A DNA stretch of 64,000 nucleotides, from the NCBI GenBank assembly GCA_963817685.1, contig CAWFPN010000027.1:31763-95762 (forward strand). Reading direction: 5' to 3'. Below are positions 1 to 9,987 of this stretch, piece after piece. The number at the start of each line of letters is the position of its first letter. Within the stretch, counting starts at the first letter, position 1. This DNA comes from an uncultured Verrucomicrobiae bacterium. GTDB taxonomy: Bacteria; Verrucomicrobiota; Verrucomicrobiia; Palsa-1439. Position numbers and translations under genes: made by a program. The notes below the pieces were generated by a model. That model was not told where the DNA came from. It saw only the letters and a program-made list of their open reading frames with translations, and made no database searches.

Positions 1-881
1 AACAGGCCGATGGGAAATTGCATCAGGCGGAACGCGCAATTCAGGAACGTCACTGCGCCGTTGCCGAAGAAGGACGCGAACCAGTTGTCGGTGAACACAT
101 TGATCTGCACCGCGGCCACGCCGAGCACGGACGGACCGACCAGCCGGACCACCTGGCGAAAGGCGGGATCATGCCAGTCCAGCAGCGGCTGGTAGTGATA
201 ACCGACGGCGCGCAGGCTGGGCACCTGGACGAGCCATTGCATCGCGCCGCCGATGAGCGTGCCGATGCTGATGCCCACCATCGCGCGCGGCAGTTGCGTG
301 GTGTCGTGGAGAAAATTCGGCGCGAGGGCGAAGGCCAGTCCCACGCCGCCGACGATGGAACCGATATTGAACATCATCGACGCGCTGGCGGGCACGCCGA
401 ACTTGTGTTTCGAGTTGAGCATGCCCATCGCCAGCGCGGCCATGGCGACCAGCAACAGGAAAGGGAACATGATCCGGGTCAAGCGGACGGTCAGCTCCGT
501 CTTGCCCGGGATTTGTTGGAAGCCGGGCGCGATCAGGTTCACCACCACGGGGGCGAAAATGATGCCGATCACCGTGATGACGCCGAGCACCACCAGCAGC
601 GCGTTTAACACGAGATTGGCCAGCCGCCAGGCCGACTCCTCGCCTTCGGACGTGAGTTTTTGGGAGAAGGTCGTGACGAACGCCGCCGAGAGCGCGCCTT
701 CGGCAAACAGGTCGCGCAACAAGTTCGGGATGCGAAACGCGGTGACGAACGCGTCGAACTCGCGGCTCGCGCCGAAGATGGAGGCCAGCACTTGTTCGCG
801 GACGAGGCCCAGCAGGCGGCTGCCGAGGACGGCGAAGCTGACGGTGCGAGCGGAGCGGGCGACACTAGGCGGCTGGCTCAT
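1..881 (-). CDS. murJ: Lipid II flippase MurJ/MviN, N-terminal ~293 codons (3' end lies beyond the left edge)
   Basis: Not in the ORF track because it runs off the edge. My minus-strand translation from ATG 881-879 gives MSQPPSVARSARTVSFAVLGSRLLGLVREQVLASIFGASREFDAFVTAFRIPNLLRDLFAEGALSAAFVTTFSQKL..., the MurJ N-terminal signature, followed by TM-like hydrophobic segments. ATGA start/stop overlap with the upstream GT9 gene. Confidence 0.85.
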   Translation of the reverse strand, partial: MSQPPSVARSARTVSFAVLGSRLLGLVREQVLASIFGASREFDAFVTAFRIPNLLRDLFAEGALSAAFVTTFSQKLTSEGEESAWRLANLVLNALLVVLGVITVIGIIFAPVVVNLIAPGFQQIPGKTELTVRLTRIMFPFLLLVAMAALAMGMLNSKHKFGVPASASMMFNIGSIVGGVGLAFALAPNFLHDTTQLPRAMVGISIGTLIGGAMQWLVQVPSLRAVGYHYQPLLDWHDPAFRQVVRLVGPSVLGVAAVQINVFTDNWFASFFGNGAVTFLNCAFRLMQFPIGL

Positions 882-1942
882 GAGTGCGAACGGGCCTTCC
901 CAGTCGCGTCCCAGGCTTCCTTCACTGTCTGGGCGACCCGGTCGACTGTGATGCGCTCCATGCAGCGGAAATCGATCGGGCATTCGCGCAGGAAACAGGG
1001 GCTGCATTCGACCGGCTCGTGCACGACGCGGCTGAGCGGCAGCAGCGGCCCTGTTAATTCGGCGGAGGTGGACCCGACGATGGCCACCACGGGCGTGCCC
1101 AGGGCGTCGGCCAGATGCATCGGCCCGGTGTCGTTGGTCAGCAGTAGCCGGCAGATTTTGATCAACTGGCAGAGTTCCATCAACGTCGTTTTGCCCGCCA
1201 TGTTGACGATGGCACCCTCCTCGGTGATCGTGGCGCGCATTCGCGTTTCGATTTCGGCGGCGAGAGCAATGTCGCCTGCGCCCCCGAACAACAGCCAGCG
1301 GCAGGGGACCTCCTCGGCGACGCGCGCGGCGGCTTCGGCGAACCGCTCGGGCATCCAGCGTTTGGCCGGGCCGTACTCGGCCCCGGCGTTGATGCCGATG
1401 AACGGCCGGTCGTCTTCTCGCACGAATTGTGTCAGGTCCGACACGTCGCTGGGGGCGAGCCAGATGCGGGGCTGGACGAATTCGCGGTTGCCGCCCAGAT
1501 AGGAAATGATGTCCAGGTACCGCTGTGACTGATGGCGGAGCGACGGAAAATATTTCACCTGAAACGTCGTCCCGTTGACGGTCACGGGCTTGTGTTGCGG
1601 CTGTTCGCTGTCGGGTTCGTGCACGATATCGGTGAGCAGGTGTTTGCGCCAGTGGCCTTCGAAGCCGACCCGGCAGGGGATGCGGGCGCGCCAGGCTTCC
1701 CAGGCTGTGCGGAAGGAATTCGGGAAGAGGATGGCGACGTCGAACCGTTGCCGGCGGAGTTGCGCCATCTCGGGGACGGGATCGAACGGGATGACCTCGT
1801 TGAGGAACGGGTTATGCCGCCAGAGATCGTGGAGTTTGGCGTGGCAGAGCAGGGCGATGTGGGCGTCGGGTTCCAGTTCCCGGAGGCGTTGCACGGCGGG
1901 CATGCTCATGACCGAGTCGCCGATCCAATTCGTCGCGCGCAC
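878..1942 (-). CDS. waaF: ADP-heptose:LPS heptosyltransferase (glycosyltransferase family 9), RfaF/WaaF-like; start uncertain
   Basis: 354-aa ORF with GT9 motifs [16 protein letters not shown] and LLLTNDTGPMHLADALGTPVVAIVG. The conserved beta1 strand (RILV) is encoded upstream of the first canonical start (GTG 1942). Confidence 0.8.
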   Translation of the reverse strand: MRATNWIGDSVMSMPAVQRLRELEPDAHIALLCHAKLHDLWRHNPFLNEVIPFDPVPEMAQLRRQRFDVAILFPNSFRTAWEAWRARIPCRVGFEGHWRKHLLTDIVHEPDSEQPQHKPVTVNGTTFQVKYFPSLRHQSQRYLDIISYLGGNREFVQPRIWLAPSDVSDLTQFVREDDRPFIGINAGAEYGPAKRWMPERFAEAAARVAEEVPCRWLLFGGAGDIALAAEIETRMRATITEEGAIVNMAGKTTLMELCQLIKICRLLLTNDTGPMHLADALGTPVVAIVGSTSAELTGPLLPLSRVVHEPVECSPCFLRECPIDFRCMERITVDRVAQTVKEAWDATGKARSHS

Positions 1943-3128
1943 GAGGATGCGCGGGGCGTGTTTGCTAGCGATGGCAAATATTGCGCGACAGCCTCATCAA
2001 AGTCCTTTGCCCCGGCAATGATCCGGATTTCCACGCGCAGATAATAAATGGGAATGTCGCGCCGGTCGATCTTGGGGAAACGCACGGCGTCTTTTTCGGT
2101 GGTGAGAATGGCCTGCGCGCCGCTCCGGAGGCTGCGATTGATCATATTGATGATCTCCTGCTGGGAGTAGCGGTGATGGTCGGCGTAACGTTTCGCGTAG
2201 ATGACCTTCGCGCCCAGTCCGCGCAGCCCGTCCTCGAAACTTTCCGGCACGGCGATGCCGGAGATGGCGGCGACTTCCAGGCCCTGGAGTTTTTTCAAGG
2301 GAAGATGTTCGCCCGTGAAAACGTCCTGGAGGTAGAGCGGGTGGTGCGTGCACTCGATGATTTCGGCGGTCTCATTGAACTGGCGGATGGCCTTGCGAGA
2401 GTATTCGGCGCCGTGTTCGCTCGACTTGGTGATGAAAATGTAGTCGGCGCGTTTCAGGTTGGCGATCGGCTCGCGCAGCGTGCCGCGCGGCAGGAGGATA
2501 ATGGTTGCCGAACGGCGCGTTGCGGTCGATCAGGCAGATGTCCAGCCGGCTCTTTGAGTGCGAGATACTGGAACCCGTCATCGAGCAGGAGCGTGTCGCA
2601 GCCGAAATGCGAGATGGCGTAGCGGCCGCTTTTGACCCGGTCCTTGTCGACCAGCACGACGACGTCCTTGAGGTTGGAGGCGAGCATGTAGGGTTCGTCG
2701 CCGGCTTGTTCGCTGTCGAGCAGCAGCGATTGGCCGTCGGAAACGATCTTGGGCGGGACTTGGTCCTCCTGGAAGGTGATTTTGGCGAGGATACGCTGCC
2801 AGAGCGGGCGCGGGGTGCTTTTGTAACCGCGCGAGAGGATGGCCACGCGTCGTCCCGCTTGTTGCAGAGCGCGGGCGAAGACCTCGACAACGGGGGTCTT
2901 GCCGGTGCCGCCGACGGTGAGGTTGCCGATGCTGACGACCTGGCAGCCGAGAGTGTGATCGCGAAAGATGCGGTTGCGCCAGAGAAACAGGCGGATTTGC
3001 ACGGCGACTTCGTAGATGCGGGACAGGACGAGCAGAAACGCTCCGGCCACCCGCGCGCCAAAATCATGGCGCCGCTCAAAAATGACGTCCAGGACATATT
3101 GCTCGACGTTCTCAGTCCACTGCCACAT
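1906..3128 (-). CDS. lpxK: Tetraacyldisaccharide 4'-kinase LpxK, reading frame broken twice as assembled
   Basis: The N-terminal half is in ORF 2454..3128 (P-loop [20 protein letters not shown]). [18 protein letters not shown] is found only in a second frame. [25 protein letters not shown]...[20 protein letters not shown] is in a third frame and continues into ORF 1906..2298. Both changes are +1, near 2553-2555 and 2496-2497. Confidence 0.85.
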
Positions 3129-3161
3129 GGGGCGTCATACTGCCGCAGCGGCCGGGGAGGG

Positions 3162-5354
3162 TCAAGCCTGCCTCCGTTGCGCAGGCCGGGCGGTGGCGGA
3201 GGGCGCCTCGTTGACCACGCGGAAATCGATCTGGCGCTTGAAGACGTCGACGCGTTCGACTTGCACGCGCAGTCCGTCGCCGATCTGGATGATGCGCTTG
3301 GTGCGTTTGCCCACGAGGCGTTCCCGCTGCTCGTCGTAATGGTAGAAATCGTCATCGAGGGTGGAGATGTGGACGAGGCCTTGCACGAGGCTGTTGGTCA
3401 ATTCCACGAACAGGCCGAAGTTTCGCACGCCGGAGACGATGGCGTCCTGGGTGTCGAGCTGGCCGGTGGCCAGTTGCTGCTGGAAGTACTCCATCTTCTT
3501 CAATTCGACGGATTCCTTTTCGGCCTCGTCGGCGGTGCGTTCGGTCTGCGAAACGTGGTCGCAGATTTTGGCCAGTTCGCCCACGGCGTACCGCGTGAGT
3601 TTGCCCGCCGGATGCGCCGACGCGCCGAGCACGCTCAACAATGTGCGATGGACCACCAGGTCTGCGTACCGCCGGATCGGGGAGGTGAAATGGGTGTAAT
3701 ACTTTTTTGCCAGCCCGTAATGGCCGACCGGGTTGGGGGAGTAGCGCGCCCGTTTCAGCGAGCGCAGCAAGGCCAGGTTTACCGCGTACTCCTCGGGCTT
3801 GCCTTTGACTGCTTCCAGCAGCTTCTGCAGTTCGCGCCGGTGGGCCACGTCGCCGACTTTGTAGCCGAAGCTCTGGGCGTAGGCCCGGAAATCGCGGAGC
3901 CGCTCCAGGTCGGGGTCTTCGTGGATGCGGTAGAGGCAGGCGACCTGGAGGTTGCACAGGTGGCGTGCGGAGGCTTCGTTGGCGGCAAGCATGAATTCTT
4001 CGATGAGCTGATGGGAAATGTCGTTCTCGATTTTCTCGATGGCAATCGGTTTGCCGTTTTTGTCGAGCCGGACCTTGGTCTCGGGGAAATCCAGGCTCAG
4101 CGAGCCGTGCGCGAAGCGCTGGTGGCGCAGCTTGGACGCCAGCCGCCACATCTTTTTCAGTTCCCGCGTGAGTTCGTCGTGGTCATCGGAGGACTGGAGG
4201 CGCGCGAACGCCTCTTTATAGGTGAGCCGGTGGCGCGAGCGAATCACACTCAGGGAGAAGGAGACCTTGTGGGCCACAAGCTTGGAGTCGAATTCGATCA
4301 CGCAGGTCTGTGTCAGCCGGTCTTCGCGGGGGCGGAGGCTGCAGAGGCCGTTGGAAAGTTTTTCCGGAAGCATCGGCAGCACGCGGTCGACGAGATAGAC
4401 GCTGTTGCCGCGCGCCAGCGCTTCGCGGTCCAGCGCGCTTCCCGGCCTGACGTAGTGCGACACGTCGGCGATGTGCACGCCGAGCCGCCAGCCGCCGTCG
4501 GGCAACTCGTCCACGTTCACCGCGTCGTCGAAGTCCTTGGCGTCGTCGGGGTCGATGGTCACCACGAAATGGTTGCGGAAATCCGCGCGTTGTCCCAGGT
4601 CGCGTTCGGAGATGGTGTTCGGGATTGCCTCGGCCTCGGCCAGCACCTGCGGGGAGAACTGCATGGCCAGGTGATGTTTGCGGATGATGGCCAGGATATC
4701 CACACCCGGCGTGCTGGAAGCGCCGAGCACTTCGACGATTTCGCCTTCAGGATTGACGTGGCGGGATTTCCACTCGGCGAGTTTAACCACCACCTTGTCG
4801 CCGACCCGGGCGTTGCGGGTCTGCTTGGTGTAAATGTCGTGGATGATCCGGGGTTCGTCCGGGATGACGTAGTAAAACAGTTTGGTTTTCTGGAGCGTGC
4901 CGACGATGGTTTCGTTGGCGCGTTCCAAAATCCGGATCACCCGGCCCGAGCGTTTGTCCTCGGTCTTGAATCGTTTCGGCTCACGGTTCAGGCGGACGAC
5001 GACCTTGTCGCCGTGCATGGCAACCCAGGTGTCTTCCTGGCCGACATAAATGTCCCCGCCCGCCGTCGCGCCTTTTGGCTTTTCCGTGCCTTCAGGCTGA
5101 TCGGGAATGACGAAGGCGAACCCCTTTTCGTTGCACGAGATGCGCCCGATGACCAGGTCCGCTTCCTGGGGCGACACGAACCGGTCCTTGCGGACGCGGA
5201 CGATCTCGCCTTTGCGCAGCATGTCTTCCAGGACGCGGCGGAAGTCCCGGCGTTCCTCGGAGTTCAAGCGCAATTTCGAGGCAATGTCGGCCCGTTGCAG
5301 CGGATGATAGTCCGGCGCGGACAGAAGGGTCTGGATTTTGGTTCGGATGTCCAT
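3162..5354 (-). CDS. rnr: Ribonuclease R (RNB-family 3'-5' exoribonuclease)
   Basis: 730-aa ORF with an OB/cold-shock-like N-terminus, RNB catalytic region (FVVTIDPDDAKDFDDAV, HFTSPIRRYADLVVHR), a C-terminal S1 domain and a basic tail. Confidence 0.93.
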   Translation of the reverse strand: MDIRTKIQTLLSAPDYHPLQRADIASKLRLNSEERRDFRRVLEDMLRKGEIVRVRKDRFVSPQEADLVIGRISCNEKGFAFVIPDQPEGTEKPKGATAGGDIYVGQEDTWVAMHGDKVVVRLNREPKRFKTEDKRSGRVIRILERANETIVGTLQKTKLFYYVIPDEPRIIHDIYTKQTRNARVGDKVVVKLAEWKSRHVNPEGEIVEVLGASSTPGVDILAIIRKHHLAMQFSPQVLAEAEAIPNTISERDLGQRADFRNHFVVTIDPDDAKDFDDAVNVDELPDGGWRLGVHIADVSHYVRPGSALDREALARGNSVYLVDRVLPMLPEKLSNGLCSLRPREDRLTQTCVIEFDSKLVAHKVSFSLSVIRSRHRLTYKEAFARLQSSDDHDELTRELKKMWRLASKLRHQRFAHGSLSLDFPETKVRLDKNGKPIAIEKIENDISHQLIEEFMLAANEASARHLCNLQVACLYRIHEDPDLERLRDFRAYAQSFGYKVGDVAHRRELQKLLEAVKGKPEEYAVNLALLRSLKRARYSPNPVGHYGLAKKYYTHFTSPIRRYADLVVHRTLLSVLGASAHPAGKLTRYAVGELAKICDHVSQTERTADEAEKESVELKKMEYFQQQLATGQLDTQDAIVSGVRNFGLFVELTNSLVQGLVHISTLDDDFYHYDEQRERLVGKRTKRIIQIGDGLRVQVERVDVFKRQIDFRVVNEAPSATARPAQRRQA

Positions 5355-5397
5355 TAGATTCGCCCGCGCAACCTAACATGACCCGCACAGCCCACCA

Positions 5398-6687
5398 ATG
5401 AAAAAGTTTTTGCGCGATCTTGTGTTTGTCGCTTTGCTCGTGGCGCTGGGCTATTTGGGGTGGCGCACGCTGGAACTGAGCCGGCAAACACGCGACCTGC
5501 GCGACACGGTCGCCCAACTCGAGAAAGAGCGGCGCGAAGCCGAGCAGCAGCACTCCGGTGCCGTCGCGGATGTGAAGCCGGAAAACAGCGTCCGTGTACG
5601 GAGCGAAATCGAGCAGAACACCAGCGAACTTCGCGGCCTGCCGTTTAAAAGCCCGGTCAACTACAAGATGATCGACCGCGTCGAGTTGCGCGGGTTCCTG
5701 ATCAAGCGGCTCAAGGAACAGTACACCGACCAGCAGATGCGCGACTATAGCCGGTCGCTGGCGGCGTTTGGGCTGGTCCCCGACGGCATGGACTTGATGA
5801 GCACCGTGGTCGGCATGTATGACGAACAGGTCGGTGCGTTCTACGTGCCGGAGGAACGGTCGCTGTACACGTTCAAGGACCTCTCGTGGTCAGGCGGCCT
5901 GGACAAGATGCTGTTGTCGCATGAGCTGACCCATGTCCTGCAGGACCAGAATTACGATCTGACGACGTTTGCCTTGCGGGTGAAAAACAACGATGACCTG
6001 GCCCTGGCCACCACGGCGTTGATCGAGGGCGACGCGACGCTGCTGATGACGCGTTTTTACGCAGAGAACGTAGACCCGGCCCACATGTTGAGCGACCTGA
6101 CGGCCATGCTCGGACAGAACACCGCCAAACTCGCCCAGGCCCCGCCGTACCTGCGCGAGCTGCTGCTCTTCCCGTACCAGCAGGGCCAGCAGTTCGCCTC
6201 GGCCCTCTTCTCCGCGGGCGGCACGGACGCCTTGAATGACGCGTTCCGGCATCCGCCGATGACCTCACAGCAAATCCTGCATCCGGACAGATTCTTGCGC
6301 GACCGCCGCGATCCCCAACCGGTGCCGGTGCCGCCGATCAACGACCCGGACTGGCGGTTGATTGGCAACAATGTCTTGGGAGAATTCGGCGTCCGCAGCG
6401 TGCTGGAGCAGCCGCTGGGATTGTTCGAGGCGCAACAGATCGCCCAAGGCTGGGCCGCCGATCGCTATAACGTTTACGAACACGGACCGGGCGGGCCGAC
6501 GGGTTTCATTTGGATCACCGATTGGGACAGCGAGCCGGATGCCGCGGCGTTCCAGGACGCCTACCGGAACGCCACCCGCAAACCGGGTGTCACGGTCAAG
6601 GTCCATCAGGACGGCAAGCGGGTCAGTATTCAACAGGCGGCTGATCCCGCCTTCTTCACATTGGCGGAGGCGGCCCTTGCGCATTGA
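5398..6687 (+). CDS. Membrane-anchored putative zinc metallopeptidase (HExxH, MA-clan-like), family not recognised
   Basis: 429-aa ORF with an N-terminal TM helix plus short coiled coil, an HExxH motif (SHELTHVLQDQ) and a downstream IEGDATLL glutamate. Confidence 0.55.
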   Translation: MKKFLRDLVFVALLVALGYLGWRTLELSRQTRDLRDTVAQLEKERREAEQQHSGAVADVKPENSVRVRSEIEQNTSELRGLPFKSPVNYKMIDRVELRGFLIKRLKEQYTDQQMRDYSRSLAAFGLVPDGMDLMSTVVGMYDEQVGAFYVPEERSLYTFKDLSWSGGLDKMLLSHELTHVLQDQNYDLTTFALRVKNNDDLALATTALIEGDATLLMTRFYAENVDPAHMLSDLTAMLGQNTAKLAQAPPYLRELLLFPYQQGQQFASALFSAGGTDALNDAFRHPPMTSQQILHPDRFLRDRRDPQPVPVPPINDPDWRLIGNNVLGEFGVRSVLEQPLGLFEAQQIAQGWAADRYNVYEHGPGGPTGFIWITDWDSEPDAAAFQDAYRNATRKPGVTVKVHQDGKRVSIQQAADPAFFTLAEAALAH

Positions 6688-7927
6688 ACGATGGCGGCTT
6701 TTATTCTTCCTGGCGCTGCTGACGGCGGCGGGGTGCGGCTGCTGCTGCGGACGCGATTATCTCAACGACTTTGACCCGCGCGCATGGTCGCCTGACTGCG
6801 ATTGGCTCGCGTTCAACTGGCCCCAACAGGACGAATTGTTTTTCATCTCCATGAAATCGGGCCGGAGCTACCTGCTCAAGCCCGTGGGCCCGGTGGAATT
6901 GAAAACCTCGAACGTCTTCTCCAGCGGCCCGCCGTCGGCCGCGGCGCGTCACGAGGCGAAGATCGTCCCCAGTTGGGGCCTCGGTAAATTGACGGTGCTG
7001 GACTGGTCGCCCGACAGCCAGTCGGCCGCCTATCAGATCGGGCGCGAAAACGCCGGCCTCTTCTCCCTGCCGGACGAGTCCGTCGAAAAGCATTTTCCCG
7101 TGGGCACCTTGCTTCCCTGGCAAAGCACCAACGACCTGCGGTTCACGCTCGACTTACAGACAGAGACGGGAGGCCGGCTGGCCGTGCAGAAGCGCGACGG
7201 GACACTGGTGAAGGAGGTGCATTTCACCGATACCGACGAATTGATGCAGATCAGCCTGGCCCGCTACCACGACGCCGATTTGTTCTCGAACGCCAAACAA
7301 TTTCTGCTCTATCCCCGCTATCAGGCGGACCGCTGGCAATTGATGCTGGACCCTCTGGCCACCAACGCGCCCGCCCGTATCCAGGCCGATCTGGGCACGG
7401 AGCGGCCCTACGGCTGGAAGCTCACGCCGGACGACCGCGTCCTCGCCGTCGCCACGAAGGAGGTGCTCCGGGTGGGCGCCGTGGATGACTGGGCGAAAGC
7501 GCGGAAGTTCCCGTTGACCTATTCATCGATTGCCATGAGCTGGTCTCCCGACGGACGTTTTCTCGCCTACAACGCCAACCAATCACTGTACTGCCTCGGC
7601 CCCGGCGCCGATGCCGCGATGCTGATCACCACGAACTGCACCCAGCGGTTCTGGGGTTGGCGCGGCAAACGTCTCCTGTTCGGCGACGCGCGGTCCAACC
7701 GCACCGATCTCTATGGCTGGGACTCCGACACGGGAAGCAACGCCGTCCAGCTCGTCACCGCGCGCCACTGGCAAACAAGTCCGCGCTACGTCGGCATCTC
7801 CCCCGATGGCAACACGCTGGCCTGCCTGATCTCCGAGTTCGACGGCTCCGGCAACGCCGTCGCCCAACTCTGGAAAATCGCCCTCACGCCCGGCGCCGAG
7901 TGGACGGAGTTGTATACGGTGCCGTAG
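6677..7927 (+). CDS. Putative lipoprotein with TolB/PD40-like beta-propeller repeats
   Basis: ORF 6362..7927 trimmed to the in-frame TTG at 6677, because the upstream part lies inside the previous gene. Signal peptide with lipobox-like LLTAAGC followed by Cys-rich CGCCCG. Repeated WSPD(G)-type motifs (AWSPDCDWLAF, DWSPDSQSAAY, SWSPDGRFLAY, ISPDGNTLAC). Confidence 0.55.
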   Translation: MRIERWRLLFFLALLTAAGCGCCCGRDYLNDFDPRAWSPDCDWLAFNWPQQDELFFISMKSGRSYLLKPVGPVELKTSNVFSSGPPSAAARHEAKIVPSWGLGKLTVLDWSPDSQSAAYQIGRENAGLFSLPDESVEKHFPVGTLLPWQSTNDLRFTLDLQTETGGRLAVQKRDGTLVKEVHFTDTDELMQISLARYHDADLFSNAKQFLLYPRYQADRWQLMLDPLATNAPARIQADLGTERPYGWKLTPDDRVLAVATKEVLRVGAVDDWAKARKFPLTYSSIAMSWSPDGRFLAYNANQSLYCLGPGADAAMLITTNCTQRFWGWRGKRLLFGDARSNRTDLYGWDSDTGSNAVQLVTARHWQTSPRYVGISPDGNTLACLISEFDGSGNAVAQLWKIALTPGAEWTELYTVP

Positions 7928-7992
7928 TTGACCCGCTCCGGCGGACAGGCTATGCTGGGCGTATCCGATAGACTTCATAACCGAGGGCGCTT

Positions 7993-8574
7993 GTGAACAA
8001 TCATCCCGTGGACAAAAAGAAAATCAAGGCCGCCGTCCGGCTGCTGCTGGAGGCCATCGGCGAAGACCCCGACCGCGACGGGTTGAAAGAGACGCCGGAC
8101 CGCGTGGCGCGGATGTACGAGGAAATTTTCGGCCAGGGCGAAGAGGAACCGCACGTCAGTCTCAGCAAGAAGTTCGACGAACAACATCACGAGGTCGTGC
8201 TCGTCAAGGACATCCCTTTCTTCTCCATGTGCGAACATCATCTGATGCCGTTCTTCGGCAAGGCCCACGTGGCCTACATTCCCAACGGCCAGATCGTCGG
8301 CATCTCGAAGCTGGCGCGCGTCGTGGATGCGTTCGCCCGTCGGCCGCAGGTGCAGGAGCGGATGACCAGCCAGATCGCCGAAATCATCAACGGCGAACTC
8401 AAACCCAAAGGCGTCGCGGTCGTCTGCGAGGCGGTCCACACCTGCATGACCATGCGGGGCGTGAAAAAAGCCGGCACCACCGTCATCACCTCCGCCATGC
8501 GCGGCGCGTTCGAGAAAAACGTCACCAGCCGAACCGAAATCATGGCGCTGATCTTCGGCCAACATTCGCTCTAG
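7993..8574 (+). CDS. folE: GTP cyclohydrolase I
   Basis: 193 aa with motifs [22 protein letters not shown] and [10 protein letters not shown]. Confidence 0.93.
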   Translation: MNNHPVDKKKIKAAVRLLLEAIGEDPDRDGLKETPDRVARMYEEIFGQGEEEPHVSLSKKFDEQHHEVVLVKDIPFFSMCEHHLMPFFGKAHVAYIPNGQIVGISKLARVVDAFARRPQVQERMTSQIAEIINGELKPKGVAVVCEAVHTCMTMRGVKKAGTTVITSAMRGAFEKNVTSRTEIMALIFGQHSL

Positions 8575-8619
8575 CCAACGCAATTTCGCCGCTCTATACT
8601 CCGTCCCGCTCCTTTCCCG

Positions 8620-9987
8620 ATGAAACGCGTCTATATCAAGACCTACGGTTGCCAGATGAATGAGCGCGACAGTGAAGCGGTCGCCGCCATGCTGCGCGAA
8701 CGCGGCTACGCCGTCACGGACTCCGAAGCCGACGCCGACGTGATCCTGCTCAACACCTGCAGCGTGCGCGACATGGCCGAGCAGAAGGCGCTCGGCAAAA
8801 TGAGCATGCTCGCCCAGCTCAAACGCCAAAAACCGGACCTGGTCCTCGGATTCATGGGCTGCATGGCGCAGAGCCGCGGCGGCGAACTGCTGCAACAGCC
8901 CGGCGTCGATTTGGTCGTCGGCACCCAGCGCTTCCATCACGTACCCGATTACATCGACCAGATCATCGCGTCGCAGGAAAATGACGATTTGATGGAGCCG
9001 TTCCGCATCGTGGACGTCGCGGAAGAAGCGGGGAGCGAATCGACCATCAAGGACCACGTGCTCGGCACGAACGGCGACCGGCAAGTCACCGCCTACGTCA
9101 GCATCATGCAGGGCTGCGAGATGTATTGTTCGTTCTGCATCGTGCCCTACACGCGAGGCGCCGAACGCAGCCGCCCGATCCACGAGATCGTTGGTGAAGT
9201 CGCACGTCTCGTCGGGCAGGGGGTCAAAGAAATCACCCTGCTCGGCCAGATCGTCACCAGTTACGGACGCAAGACCATCCCGAAGAAGGACGGGAAATCC
9301 GCCTTTGTCCAACTCCTGGAAGCCGTCCACGAAGTGAAAGGGCTGGAACGCATCCGGTTCACCTCGCCGCATCCGAAAGGGTTCGGGGACGACCTGGTGC
9401 AGGCCTATCGCGACCTGCCCCGGCTCTGCGAGCACGCGCACCTGCCCGTCCAGAGCGGGTCGGACCGCATCCTCAAGGCGATGAACCGCGGGTATAGCCG
9501 GGACTGGTATTTGCGGATCATCGGCAAACTCCGCGACGCCCGGCCCGGCCTGGCCATTTCCACCGACATCATTTCCGGGTATCCCGGCGAGACCGAGGAA
9601 GATTTTCAACAGACCGTCACGCTGGCGCGCGACGTGCAATTCGACCAGGCGTATCTGTTCAAGTATTCGCCACGCCGCGACACACCCGCCGCCGGCCTGC
9701 CGGGCCAACTCGACGAAGAAGTGAAGGAGCAACGCAATCAACAGTTGCTCACCCTCACCAACGACTTCATCGCGCAGAAGAACCAACGACTCGTTGGGCA
9801 GACCATCGAAATTCTCGTCGAAGGCCGCAGCGAGAAGGGCGGCAAACGGTTCTTTGGCCGCACCCGCACCAACAAAATCGTTGTGTTCGACGGCGGCGAA
9901 CGCCAGCGCGGCGAATTGCTGCCCGTGCGCATTGAACGGGCGAACACCACCACCCTCTACGGCGACCCCGCCATCCATCATTTATGA
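8620..9987 (+). CDS. miaB: tRNA-2-methylthio-N6-dimethylallyladenosine synthase (radical SAM methylthiotransferase)
   Basis: 455 aa with N-terminal YIKTYGCQMNERDSE, a radical-SAM CxxxCxxC (CEMYCSFCIVP) and a TRAM-like C-terminus. Confidence 0.92.
   Translation: MKRVYIKTYGCQMNERDSEAVAAMLRERGYAVTDSEADADVILLNTCSVRDMAEQKALGKMSMLAQLKRQKPDLVLGFMGCMAQSRGGELLQQPGVDLVVGTQRFHHVPDYIDQIIASQENDDLMEPFRIVDVAEEAGSESTIKDHVLGTNGDRQVTAYVSIMQGCEMYCSFCIVPYTRGAERSRPIHEIVGEVARLVGQGVKEITLLGQIVTSYGRKTIPKKDGKSAFVQLLEAVHEVKGLERIRFTSPHPKGFGDDLVQAYRDLPRLCEHAHLPVQSGSDRILKAMNRGYSRDWYLRIIGKLRDARPGLAISTDIISGYPGETEEDFQQTVTLARDVQFDQAYLFKYSPRRDTPAAGLPGQLDEEVKEQRNQQLLTLTNDFIAQKNQRLVGQTIEILVEGRSEKGGKRFFGRTRTNKIVVFDGGERQRGELLPVRIERANTTTLYGDPAIHHL

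Noticed and set aside
2505-5357. 950-aa plus-strand ORF, the longest in this part of the track
   Set aside because: It is antisense to lpxK and to the well-supported RNase R gene. Its Ala/Gly/Arg/Asp-rich composition has no recognisable motifs. It is a typical high-GC shadow ORF.
7975-9981. 668-aa minus-strand ORF
   Set aside because: It is antisense to folE and miaB, both of which have unambiguous motifs. It has the low-complexity composition of a shadow ORF. The same reasoning applies to 13766..15331(-), 23248..25216(+), 28158..29096(-), 38929..39873(-), 40051..41115(-) and 53552..54949(-).
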